Positions 13,266 through 28,971 of a stretch of 64,000 nucleotides of DNA are shown here, in pieces; the first letter of the stretch is position 1, and each line of letters starts with the position of its first letter. The stretch is taken from NCBI RefSeq assembly GCF_009914755.1, contig NC_060937.1, one strand, 5' to 3'. The DNA comes from the human T2T-CHM13v2.0 reference genome, Homo sapiens. Under the pieces are notes generated by a model. It worked only from the letters and a program-made list of their open reading frames with translations. It was not told the origin of the DNA and made no database searches. The position numbers and the translations under genes are program-made.

Positions 13266-14174
13266 GAGCCATGTTTTTAAAAGGAAGACAGATAAATTAA
13301 TTTTAAGAAAATATTTAATCATGTAATCAATAAAAAATTATTGATGAAATATTCTGCATTTAAAAAATATTAAATCTTCAAAATTCTATGTGTATTTTAC
13401 ACCTGCAGCACCTCTCAATCTAGACTAACCACATGTGGCTAGTGGCGACTGTATGGGACAGTGCATTCCAAGAATGTTCTAAGTGGGGAAATGATTTGAT
13501 CAGATTTGCATTATAAATAGAATGAGGTAGGGCTAGACAGAAAATAAGGAGATTAATAAAAAGAGATGAGGACTTGGAGATGTGGGGATGGGTTAGGAGG
13601 CTAGAATCAAGAGATATTTAGTAACTATATAGCTGACTGAAAGGTGAGCCTACATTTTGCCTCAGGGACTTCACAGAAAGTAATCTGACAATTTGCTTTG
13701 ATGTTTCACAAACTCCTCAAGTTCACTCATCCAGTATCTTCCCTGCTAACCTCCTCCCTCATCAGTGGTCACCATCTTGTCTGTTACTGTACACATACAA
13801 TCACCTAGCACAATGGATTCCACCTTCAAAATACCTCTTGACTCTACTTACCTGTACCCCAACTGTTAACTCCTACTAGAATACTAGGCTCCTCTGCCAG
13901 AAATTCCTCAGCACTCTGTACAACTTGTCTGTGACATTCATCACAGTTAAAGTTATCTGTTCAATTTCTTACCCTCCCCAGACTAGAAGGCTCATGAGGG
14001 TAGGGACTCTCTGTCTTGTTTACAGTTGTATTCCAGCACCTAGCATAGGTCTAACTGGTGGTTGGAACTCTCATTTGTGTGTACATGAATGCTCAGCAGA
14101 CTTTTGGCTTAACATCTGGTTGTTAATGATTTTGTGGAGAATGTCAGTTTCTAGTTATCTCTAGAGTAGGCCAG

Positions 14175-14700
14175 CAGGCAGCACGGTGAAATGGAAAGAC
14201 ACATGGCTTAGAGTCAAGTAATCTGGGCTTGAATTCTGGCTATGTTACTTACTCATTTTGTGACCCTAGACAATTAATCACTCTTGTCCTCAGTTTCCTT
14301 ATCTGTAAAACAGTAATATTAATAGTATCACTCTTTAGGTTGTTTCAAGAATTGATCAAATGAAATGATCCATGTAAAACTCAGTATGGCTGGGTGCAGT
14401 GGCTCATGCCTGTAATCCAGCACTTTGGGAGGCGGGGGTGGGAGGATTCCTTGAGCCCAGGAGTCCAAGACAATCCTGGGCATCATGGTGAGACCCCGTT
14501 GCTACAAAAAAAGAAAAAATTAGCCAGGCATAGTGACATACGCCTGTGGTCCCAGCTACTTGGGAGGCTGAGATGGGAGGATGACTTGAGCCCAGGAAGT
14601 CAAACCTGGGTGACAGAGTGAGACCCTGTCTCTAAATAAATAAATAAATAAATAACTCAGCATGATGTTTGACATTTAGTAAATGTTCAAACAGATTTAT
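14175..14700 (+). mobile_element. MIR interrupted by an AluJ-like element (about 14388-14655)
   Basis: MIR core cctcagtttccttatctgtaaaa. The Alu has a (TAAA)n tail and TSD aactcagtatg / aactcagcatg. Confidence 0.85.
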
Positions 14701-15547
14701 TAATGAGATAATATTTTGTTTGCAGGCTTTTGTTGGCTCACTATTACATGATTTTTATGAAGCTGCTACAGTAATGAGTCTGTTGATATTATCATGAGTA
14801 ATTATAATATATTGAAATTTAATGAGTTTTATAGCATATTCCAAAAAACTATTACACACACATTACTAATATTTCATTCTAATAATTGATAAAGCATTCA
14901 TATTAACTACTATTTCTCTTTAAAAGAGAAATAAGAGCCATTGAAGTAAGAAGTTCTATAATAATATGCATATAATAGAGGCTTAATAAATACTGAAGAT
15001 GAAAATGCATTTTTTATTTTCCAACTAAATCACAATAGCACATTTTTAGCCCAACAGAAATGTTCTGTTTAAAGTATTTAAAAGTTTTTGACTTGCTAAC
15101 CAGTAGCATGGCACAGAGCACATAAGAAATTAACAATCACTTGTTGAGTACCTGCTATGTACAGAATACTCGAACATGTTGAAGGGATGGAAAAGAAATA
15201 TATAACATGGTTTCTGCTCTCCAGGATCTATAATTTATTTGGGAAGTAATATCTGAATCAAGTGAAATAATTTGTTAGTTAAGTAAGATAGTATTTAATT
15301 AATTGCAAAAAACAAGGACTTCCTTGAGATTATAGATTAGAGAGGTGGTTGGCCTTCTTGGAATTTAGCTTTGACAAGATCACACTGCAGTAGGAGTATC
15401 TGGTATTATATTTTTTGATAGCTCAGTTTACTGTAGAAGATTGAATGAATATTCATTATACAAAGTATGATAGCAAGCTTCAAAAATACATTGCAAAGTG
15501 TCTTTTCAGAATGTTGAAACTAACCATTGGTTTGCTCACTCTCGTAG

Positions 15548-15717
15548 AGAAGTTGTGATGGAACAGGTGCCATGTACTTTGTAGGATGTGGTTACAATGC
15601 TTTTCCTGTTGGATCTGAGTATGCTGACTTCCCACACATGGATGACAAGCAGAAAGACAGAGAAATAAGGAAATTCAGATACATCATACATGCGGAACAG
15701 AATGCCTTGACATTTAG
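15548..15717 (+). CDS. CDADC1: CDADC1 coding exon (170 nt) with GYNA and the catalytic HAE motif
   Basis: ctctcgtag|AGA...TTTAG|gtatga. Reads RSCDGTGAMYFVGCGYNAFPVGSEY...YIIHAEQNALTF(R), a dCMP-deaminase-type signature. Confidence 0.97.
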
Positions 15718-16064
15718 GTATGAAATCCTTCTTGGTGTACTTTTCTTTAAAATGTAGCAAGGGTTGGTTGAAATTAATTTTCTTATAATTGTAATTTATT
15801 TCCTTTTTCAAATTCCAAGAAAGTTTCCTTTCAGAAGTATAACTTTGGTAAAGCTTGGTCCTCACTGCCAGACCTGAAGCTATGACCTGACCTGAGGTCA
15901 TCGCCTCTTCAGGTCTTCCCAATTTGTTGAGCATGTCTTTTTTTCCCTTGCCTCTCTCCAATATGAAACTGCTTTAAGTTTATCCTTTGGGATCTTGCTC
16001 AGCCTCTCATATTTCTGGATGTTAAGGCTCCTTTGTTTTCTAAATCTGGAGCACGCATTTATTA

Positions 16065-16255
16065 ATACAGTTACACGCCACAGAAAGACATTTTGAGCAA
16101 CGATGGACTACATGCACAACGTGTTCCCATAAGATTATAACAGAGCTGAAAAATTCCTGAGTGAAGTAGCCATTGTAACATCACACGTTACCTTTTTTAT
16201 GTTCAGATACGCAAATACTTACCATTGTGTTACAATGGCCTGCAGTATTCAGAAT
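16065..16255 (+). mobile_element. Tigger3-family fragment
   Basis: cccataagattataacagagctgaaaaattcct, shared with the element at 48361. Confidence 0.75.
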
Positions 16256-16399
16256 AGGGATTTATAATGAACCAAATTGCTTCAAAAGAGCTTTTGTTAG
16301 TGATTATACCTGTTAATTTACATCATTTTCACAAACACTTCTCAGCCTTTACCATTAAGGTTAAGGGATTAAAAAACTGTGTAAGACATGACTCCTGTC

Positions 16400-16960
16400 C
16401 TTGGAGAGCTTCTAATGCAATAGGGGATATGAGACGGCATCCACCTCGTGCTGTGGATTCTGTGGGAGGGGCAAATGTAAAGTGCTGCGGACATTCTGGA
16501 GCTGCTATGGACAAATGGGAGAGTGCAAGGGAAAGGCTTTAGGGAAGAACTGGCATCTGAACTGAGCTTTAAAGGATTCCTAGACTGGGGCAATTGGAAG
16601 GGAAGGGAAGACCATTCTTGCTTCTAGCATAAGCAACGGTCTAGAAGTAGGAAAATCCGTGGTGTGTTTAGGAGCATGAATATTCCAGTTAGGTTGGAAT
16701 GTGGACACAAGGGAAAGACAGCTCACAAGGACAGGCTGGGACTGGACTCGAGAGGACTTTGAGTTTATGCTCCATTTGGTAGGCAGCGGGGAAATGGAAT
16801 GGCATTGACAGAGCCATACGCTATAGATTATGTAGGTAGTATTGTTTGAACAGACTAGATGCATAGAATTCTGTTGCCCTAGTCCAGGTGAACGTAAATA
16901 ACAGTCTCAACAAGGAAGATGGATGTGGAAGGCTGGCGGTGGAGGAATTGAAGATGGCTG
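16400..16960 (-). mobile_element. L2 fragment
   Basis: Purine-rich L2-type text (gaactgagctttaaagga, tagtccaggtga). Other L2 pieces at about 9640-9860, 11990-12190, 13690-14100, 30705-30940 and 39440-40160. Confidence 0.6.
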
Positions 16961-17706
16961 GCTGAGAGCTACGTAAGCCTCAGAACCCGGAAGTCAGTCC
17001 TTGCAGCCCCAGTCGTTAGTCCTAAACTACCCTCAGCATGCAAAATTTCACCCAAAATTCCCTCTATTCTTTTCCTTGTCCTCTTCATTACAGATTTACT
17101 TGCTTCATTTTGTACAGAGGTGTGAATATATCAAATAGAAACTTTTCTTTTTAAAATTATCCTATGATAGGGAAGGGGTAAGGGAACTATAAGTCAAAAC
17201 AGAACTTAAGTATTTGATTATTCATTTAGTAAACATTTATTGACTATCCACTAGGTACCAGATAGGGCTGTGTCATTTGTCTAACAAGATGAGTTAGTGT
17301 CTAATCAGACATGATTAGCTCTTAAGGTATCAGTTTCAAATCTAATTCCAGTATTCTAAACAGGTACTTATTTAGAAAGCATTGGGGGTTTTTTCTCTCT
17401 TTCTTTGGTGTCTGTATCTTCCTGATTTCATTTATTTTGTAATCTGAAACTGAACCTCTTACTTAGAATCAATAAATTATTTTTAGTTATAATAATTGTC
17501 ATGTTCAGGTTGTATCATAACACTTTTGTGGGTTTACATACTTTGAACATTCAGTAATTCAGCAAGTCTAAGGCTTCATGATCATTATTAATAATGTCAT
17601 AAATCTGTTTTTAAAACAGCTCAATTTTAGTGTTTAAAGATTTTTCTAAAAAATAACTTACCCTTTCAGAAACGACCTTTCTGATATTTTATAATTTTTT
17701 TTGTAG

Positions 17707-17896
17707 GTGTCAAGAAATAAAACCAGAAGAAAGAAGCATGATTTTTGTGACAAAGTGCCCATGTGATGAGTGTGTACCTTTAATTAAAGGTGCAGGCATA
17801 AAACAAATCTATGCAGGAGATGTAGATGTTGGAAAAAAGAAGGCAGACATCTCTTACATGAGGTTCGGGGAGCTTGAAGGTGTTAGCAAATTTACG
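17707..17896 (+). CDS. CDADC1: CDADC1 coding exon (190 nt) with the PCxxC zinc-binding motif
   Basis: ttttttgtag|GTGT...TTTACG|gtaagt. Reads CQEIKPEERSMIFVTKCPCDECVPLIKGAGIKQIY...VSKFT. Confidence 0.97.
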
Positions 17897-18003
17897 GTAA
17901 GTAGATACACATTTTTTTCAGGTGTATTTTGTATTATGTTGTTAGGTACCCTGCTGCAATATTGTAAGTTAGTGATTCCCACCCTTTTAAAGAGTTTCAA
18001 CAA

Positions 18004-18428
<425 letters not shown>

Positions 18429-18470
18429 TGAATTTACATCTCTGTAGAGAATTGAGCCAGTGGATCTTTT

Positions 18471-18489
18471 GGTGCCATCTGGTGGCTGA
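18471..18489 (-). promoter_or_regulatory. CTCF motif
   Basis: Minus strand TCAGCCACCAGATGGCACC matches the core CCASYAGRKGGCRS. Motif match only; binding is not shown. Confidence 0.6.
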
Positions 18490-18563
18490 TAAAAGAAAAA
18501 TCTCTGACCCATCTCTTCCCTCTCCTTTCTGGCTTAGAGAGGTGGATAGAGGTGAAAATACTT

Positions 18564-18891
18564 CAGCAGTCCCCACCCTTTTCGGCACCAGTGACCGGTT
18601 TTGTGGAAGACAATTTTTCCACAGATGGGGTTATGGTTTTGGGATGAAACTATTCCACCTCAGATCATCAGGCAATAGATTCTCATAAGGAGCACGCAGC
18701 CTAGATCCCTCAGGTGTGCAGTTCACAGTAGGGTTCTGCTCCTATGAGAATCTAATTCCACCGCTCATCTGACAGGAGGTGGAGCTCAGGCGGTAATGCT
18801 CGCTCGCCTGCACTCACTTGCTGCCGTGCGGCCCAGTTCCTAACAGGCCACGGACCAGTACTGGTTGCTGCCAAAGGTTTGGGATCCCCTG
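18564..18891 (+). mobile_element. MER1B-like hAT MITE
   Basis: cagcagtccccacccttttcggcaccag...gggatcccctg with terminal inverted repeats. Confidence 0.85.
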
Positions 18892-18984
18892 CAATAGTTT
18901 AAAGGTCACCCCCACCCCCAAACAAAGGGAGGTGCACACACACAAACACACACATTTCTCATGAGAAAAATCAGGAAAACAAGA

Positions 18985-19322
18985 ATATTTGTTTATTTAT
19001 TTATATATTTATTTTGAGATGGAGTTTCACTCATTGCCCAGGCTGGAGTGCAATGGCGTGATCTCGGCTCACTGCAAACTCAGCCTCCCGGGTTCCAGCG
19101 ATTCTCCTGCCTTGCTACCCCCACCCCCCTCCCCCCACCCCCCAGTATCTGGGATTACAGGCGCACGCCACCATGCCCAGCTAATCTTTTGTATTTTTAA
19201 TAATAGAGACGGGGTTTCACCATGTTGGCCAGGCTGCTCTTGAACTCCTGACCTCAGGTGATACAACGGCCTCGGCCACCCAAAGTGCTGGGATTATAGG
19301 CATGAGCCACCACGACTGGCCC
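18985..19322 (-). mobile_element. Alu with an internal C-rich expansion
   Basis: Full dimer; C-tract at about 19117-19143. Confidence 0.92.
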
Positions 19323-19439
19323 GGGAAAAAAAGAATTTCTTATTTGATAGTTCCAAAAATGTACTGAGGTAGTTCATGGAAAACACAAGAACTTTTAAGT
19401 CTTTATACCTCTTCACTATTTGGGTTCTGGTTTTTGTGG

Positions 19440-19616
19440 GTTTTTTTTTTTTTTTTTTTTTTTGCTTTTGTTTTTGTTTTGAGACAGGGTCTCACTATCT
19501 CACCCAGGCTGGAGTGCAGTGGCGCCATCTTGGCAATCTCTGTCTCCTGGGCTCAAGCGATCTGCCTGCCTCAGCCTCCCAAAGTGCTGGGACAAGCATG
19601 AGCCACTGTTCTCAGC
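19440..19616 (-). mobile_element. Monomeric or recombined Alu
   Basis: Right-arm sequence runs directly into left-arm cctcccaaagtgctggg. Confidence 0.85.
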
Positions 19617-19868
19617 CTATTTTGGTTTTCAAAAAGCTTTTTATTTGGAAAAAACCTTAAGCATACAGAAAAGTTATAAAAACACTACAAAGAAATTTTT
19701 TCCCAGAAGTTGTTGACATGATACCAGCTCACCCTTTATTTCCTCAAATGAGAAATAACCACATAATTACAACCATAAAAATCAGGAAATTAACATTGAT
19801 ACATTACTGCCACTAATCCACAGATTCCAGTCAAGGTTCATTAGCTGCCCAAGAAATGTCTTATATAG

Positions 19869-20160
19869 CAGGTTTCCCCAACCCCTGGGTACCAGTTAAG
19901 AAGCTTCTTCTGTATTTATGGTCACTCCCCATTGCTCACATTACTGCTTAAGCTCTGCCTCCGGCCAGATCAGCAGCGGCATTAGATTCTCATGTGAGTG
20001 TGAACCCTATTGTGAACTGCCCATGCAAGGGATCTAGGTTGTGCACTCCTTATGAGAATCTAAAGCCTGATGATCCCCCATTCCTCACCATCTGGTCTGT
20101 GGAAAAACTTCCATGAAACCGGTACCTGGTCCCTGGTGCCACAAAGGTTGGGGACTGCTT
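19869..20160 (-). mobile_element. MER1-like MITE with 8-bp TSD
   Basis: TSD ttatatag at 19861-19868 and 20161-20168. Reverse orientation relative to the copy at 18564. Confidence 0.85.
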
Positions 20161-22290
20161 TTATATAGCAAAAGGATCCTGTCCAGAATCATACATTGTT
20201 TCTATGACATCCAATGATTTAATCCTGGCATTGAATGAGTTAATGTAACATTTAACTACTAGAATTTGCAGTGGGAAGAAAAATGATATAAAAGAACCGT
20301 TTATATATTTCAGCTTTACATTCCTGCCATATACATCAGTTTGAGTCCAGGATACCTGGAACATACATATATATGATTAACTTGGACATATAACATATAA
20401 TTATATATGTATATAATTTTAAATATAGAAACATACTATCCAGTGTCTGTCATGTGTATATGAAGTATCATAAGTTTTTACCATTTGTAATATTGTCATT
20501 TTTTTCTAATTGTCTTATTTAAAGTTTATCACATTTTTAAATGAGGGGGTGTTGACATGGCACTGAAAGAAGGCAGAGATGGGAAAGATACCTTTTTTGT
20601 AAAACTCAATAAAAGCTTATATCCAACTAGTCAGAGAAATCTCTACTTCCGTGTTTTTGTTTTCTGTCTCTTCATTCCTCCTGAAGAGTGTGAATAAATA
20701 GGTTTTTCAAGTTCTCCTCATAAAGATTAAGTGACTTAATCATAAAGATTAAGGACTATGAGTGATGGGTTATGGAGAATTCTGAAATATCTTGCTTACT
20801 GGTAGATTTTAATAGCTTTTCAATTGTAAAGAGAATGAAGAGATCAGAAGAACTTAAGAAAGGGCAAGAGAAGCAGAAGGAGGCAGGAAGACTAAGGGGA
20901 TCTTCAGGGGCAGAGATGGGAAAGGAAGCACCCAGTTGGGCCAGACCCTCCCGGAAATACCCTCACTCAGGCACATGTTCCAAAGGCTGTTGTTCATGGT
21001 TGTTCTCTGTTCTACCTCCAGTGAAGATGAGCTGTCCATCTTCTCATCCTTCTCATCTGGCCTGGCTGCAAATATTATGTAGATGGTTAGCTAGATACCT
21101 AGTTTTGTAAATGCAAGTAATTAACATGAACTAGAATTTGTTCTAAATCTGAATTTCAGTACCAAGATTATCAAAAATAGTGTGTGTCAATAAATTTGGT
21201 ATTTGTTTTTAAGATTAAAGCAAATTGAAATTACTTTGAAAGATTTTTTGCTTTCCTTTTTGATAAGTTACCATAGACCTTGAGATAAGTAGTTCTATTC
21301 TGTGGTGTTGTCACAAACCAGGCTAGGACTGGGCAACACTGTTTCCAAGAATAGATTTTATCAATCTATATCCATGTCCACATACTCAGTTCTTTGTTTT
21401 CTCTTTAATATGTGTGGATTTTTCTCTATTAGGTTATATTACTTATTTTTATTATGAAAGTAGTATATGCTCATTGTAGAAGACTAGGAAAATAAAAAAG
21501 AACGTGTATTATCTCACAACTCATAGATACCACAATTAACATGTTGCTGTATTTTCTGCCACTAAAAGTTCTTTAAAAAATATTTTAAATAATTTAACAC
21601 AATATTCCAACCCATAGGCCTAACTTATTTAACCATTCCCATGTTGTTGGACACCTGGATTGTTTCTAAGTTTTTACAGTTATAAGAAGCCTTTTTATGA
21701 ATGTCCTTAAACATAAATTCAGGATTACTTGTTTTTACTTTGTCTGCCCAAATTAATAGGTTTTAGTGGTTTGACGTCTTTCAAAAAATGCCTAATTTTA
21801 AATATTTTTTTGGTAATTTCTCATGTAGCTTCCTACCCTTTCTAAGTCTTCTCTCTTTCTTGGTGCTAGCCTAAACCATCCCATTCGTTTAAATAACCAA
21901 CCATTTCTAGATGTCCTCCCTTTCCAGGGACTTTTAATACATGGTAAAATGTTTGTCCTGTATCTCATCCCCCCTCAAGGCTCGTGATGTTAACTAGTTA
22001 ATCTGATGAGTGAACTGATGCTTATGGAAGAGGCTCCCGGGTAATCCATATTTGTGTCCTGAGATGGTGCCCTAGCAGGGCCTTTTGGTTAAGTCATTAG
22101 TGATTCTGATAGAGATTCTATCCAGCTGAGAAAAGAAGGGCTGTGCTATAAGATACCGATTACTCTCCATTTTTATTTTCTCCTGCCCCAATATTCTATG
22201 TAATATCTGTGAATCTTCAGGCTTCCCTATTTATTCCTGAATGGTTGAGATGAAATACAGTAATCAGAGGAGATATATGATATGATATAA

Positions 22291-22682
<392 letters not shown>

Positions 22683-22974
22683 ATCTTGGTCATATTTTCA
22701 TTCTTTAATACCTAGGCCTTTTCTAGCTATTATAAGATTCTCTAGGACCTGGAGATAGAATACAATGCGATGTTAATTCCATAGTACTGGGCATGGGTTC
22801 TAATTCTATTGCCTCCTGTAGTTAGGGTGTAACCTGAGACAAGTCACTCCAATCCTCTGGTCTTCCACTTACTTCCAATTAAAATGAATGTAAAGAATCT
22901 TCAACTTCTCTAAGAGTATTGATTCGGATCCCAGAAGTTATATCATTCAGGATCACTCAGTGTGGCGTTATTAG

Positions 22975-23335
<361 letters not shown>

Positions 23336-23427
23336 TAAGAAGTTGTTTTGATATTTAAAATCAATGTGCTGGAATGCTATGTATTAAATCCTCTTTAAAC
23401 AAGTAAAATGTTTGTGCACTCTTACAG

Positions 23428-23488
23428 TGGCAGCTGAATCCATCAGGAGCTTATGGTCTTGAACAAAATGAGCCTGAAAGGAGAGAAA
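23428..23488 (+). CDS. CDADC1: CDADC1 penultimate coding exon (61 nt), WQLNPSGAYGLEQNEPERRE
   Basis: ctcttacag|TGG...GAAA|gtaagt. Phase 0 in, phase 1 out. Confidence 0.93.
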
Positions 23489-24095
23489 GTAAGTATTTAT
23501 GTATTGAGGTGAACTTTGTTGCTGAGGAGAAAGGATATACAGTGAATTTTAATGATCAGGTGATGAAAATTGTGTTAATAGATGGAGCATATTATTTTTG
23601 AAGGTTAGATTTTTGCCATTCAATTTGTTCATAAATATTTGTGGGTCTACCATATGCTAGGTGCTATGGAAAGTGCCGATTAATAATTACTCCTATAGAA
23701 TCTACAGGTTAATACAAATAATTATGCACAAATTGACTTTATAAATTAAATGCATATGAAGCAGTAAACAGCAATGCTCTTCTATAACAAAACAAAAGCT
23801 TATTGGGGAGTGAGAAAGGAAAAATATGTATAATTAGTACAGATGGATTGGGACCAAATGATGAGGATATATACATTCTTCTAGAGTAAACCCACATTTG
23901 CCCAGATTGGAAATGTTCTGGTAACTTGAATAATCTGATTAACTAAGAATCATCACAGCTACCATAATGAATTACTAGTCTTTAAAGCTTTATTATTCGT
24001 ATACTACTACAGATATTTTGAATGTAATATAATCTTTGAGAAGTCTTACAATTCTTTAGGCACATAATTTTAGATATGAGTGCTATATAATATTA

Positions 24096-24412
<317 letters not shown>

Positions 24413-24672
24413 ACAGTAACTATATTATCGAATTATTTGGATTTGAAGTAAATGGAAGTTTTCTGTAAGTTTTCTTGATAATAACAATTTTTTAACCTTG
24501 AAAAATCAAGAAATATAAAGGTCTTAGAATAATTTTTCTGTGAATATATTGATTTTCAGTGTTCTGAATTAGCTTTATTTGATTCAAATAGAAAATGTAT
24601 TGTTTGCAATTTGGAAAAAAGTACATATCCACTGCATCTTTCTTTTTAAAAATTTATTAGCAAAAAAGGCTG

Positions 24673-24743
24673 TATCTATCTATCTATCTATCTGTCTATC
24701 TATCTATCTATCTATCTATCGGTCTGTCTCTCTGTCTATCTAT
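24673..24743. repeat. Compound (TATC)n/(TGTC) tetranucleotide STR
   Basis: Directly visible. Confidence 0.95.
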
Positions 24744-24779
24744 ACATCTGATTAAATAATGTACACTCAATGACAGTGT

Positions 24780-27620
<2,841 letters not shown>

Positions 27621-27910
27621 ATTATATATATAGAGAGAGAATGTTTCAAATATTACATGATATGATGAGAACAAGAAAGAGAGAGGGGTGGCTTTCCAGA
27701 TCTACCTCTGGAAGGCAAGTCTGAGCCCTGGCCCAGGTGTCCTTAGGACAAGGAAACAGCAGGGCAGAACATACAGGCTCAGGGCAGGAAATCCCTCAAA
27801 AGATGGGAAGAAAGGGGCAGAAAGAAGCTTTTGCAGGTGATAGATATGTTCATTGTCTTGACTGTGGGGATAGTTTCATGAATGTGTACTTATGTCAGAA
27901 ATCATGAAAC

Positions 27911-28050
27911 TGGACTAAGCAAAATGGCTCCTTCCTGTGATCCCATCATTTTGGGAGGCTGAGGTGGGAGGATTGCTTGAGGCCAAGAGTTCAAGACCAG
28001 TTTGGGTAACAGACTGAGAACCCCATCTCTACAAATATTACAAATCAAAA
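27911..28050 (+). mobile_element. FLAM-like Alu monomer
   Basis: Left arm only. Confidence 0.8.
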
Positions 28051-28381
28051 AGTAAATTAAAAAAATTCATCAAGCTATACACTTTATGTTTAGTTTATTG
28101 CATACTTTAAACATGTATCATTTATTGTACAAATAAAGCTATTAAACACAAAAGCCAGGAAGAGGTTGAAGCCATACTCTTTTCCCAGCCTGCCCAGTCA
28201 GATAAGTCCGTCTTCCTTCCAGTCCCCAGATTCTCCCTACCCCACACACAGTCCCCTTCTCCCTTAGGAGGTACATTTTATTTCTTCCAGTCTAGTAATA
28301 GGACGTCCCCCCACCAAAAACATAAAACAAAAAGTTTTATGAATTACTTGCCGTACACTGTTGAGTGAATTCAGTTTTTGG

Positions 28382-28683
28382 TTTTTTTTTTTTTTTGAGA
28401 CAGGGTCTCGCTGTGTCACCCAGGCTGGAATGCAGTGGCACAGTCATGGCTCACTGCAGACTTGGCCTCTCTGGGCTCAAACAGTCCTCCCACCTCAGGC
28501 TCCTGAGTAGCTGGGATTACAGGTGTGCGCCACAACACCTGTTTAAAAAAAAAAAATTTTTTTTGTAGAGATGGGGTCTCCCTATGCTGCCCAAGCTGGT
28601 CTTGAACTCTTGGGATCAAGTTATCCTCCCTCCTCAGCCTCCAAAAGTGTTAAAATTACAGACGTGAGCCATTGCACCCGGCC
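28382..28683 (-). mobile_element. Alu (J-like)
   Basis: TSD gtgaattcagttttt / gtgaatccagttttt. Confidence 0.93.
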
Positions 28684-28897
28684 AATGTGAATCCAGTTTT
28701 TAAAAGCCAGATTCTGTATTGCCTGAGAGTAAGTTATCTAGATTGGATTCTCTACAATTGAGAATTTGAAGATAAAATAAAGTGAAAGTTCCTTTAACTT
28801 AAGCCCATTGTTTTGCTCTTACAACGTGTAAGGCTGAAACAAGTGCCCATGGGTTTGAAATGAAGCTGTCCTGACCTAGCGTTATTCTCAATGCTAG

Positions 28898-28971
28898 ATG
28901 GTGTGTTGAGACCTGTCCCACAGAAGGAAGAGCAGCACCAGGACAAGAAGCTGCGCCTCGGAATCCACTAA
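28898..28971 (+). CDS. CDADC1: CDADC1 terminal coding segment, (N)GVLRPVPQKEEQHQDKKLRLGIH*
   Basis: atgctag|AT GGT...CAC TAA. Phase fits the previous exon and the peptide matches the CDADC1 C-terminus as I recall it. Confidence 0.9.
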
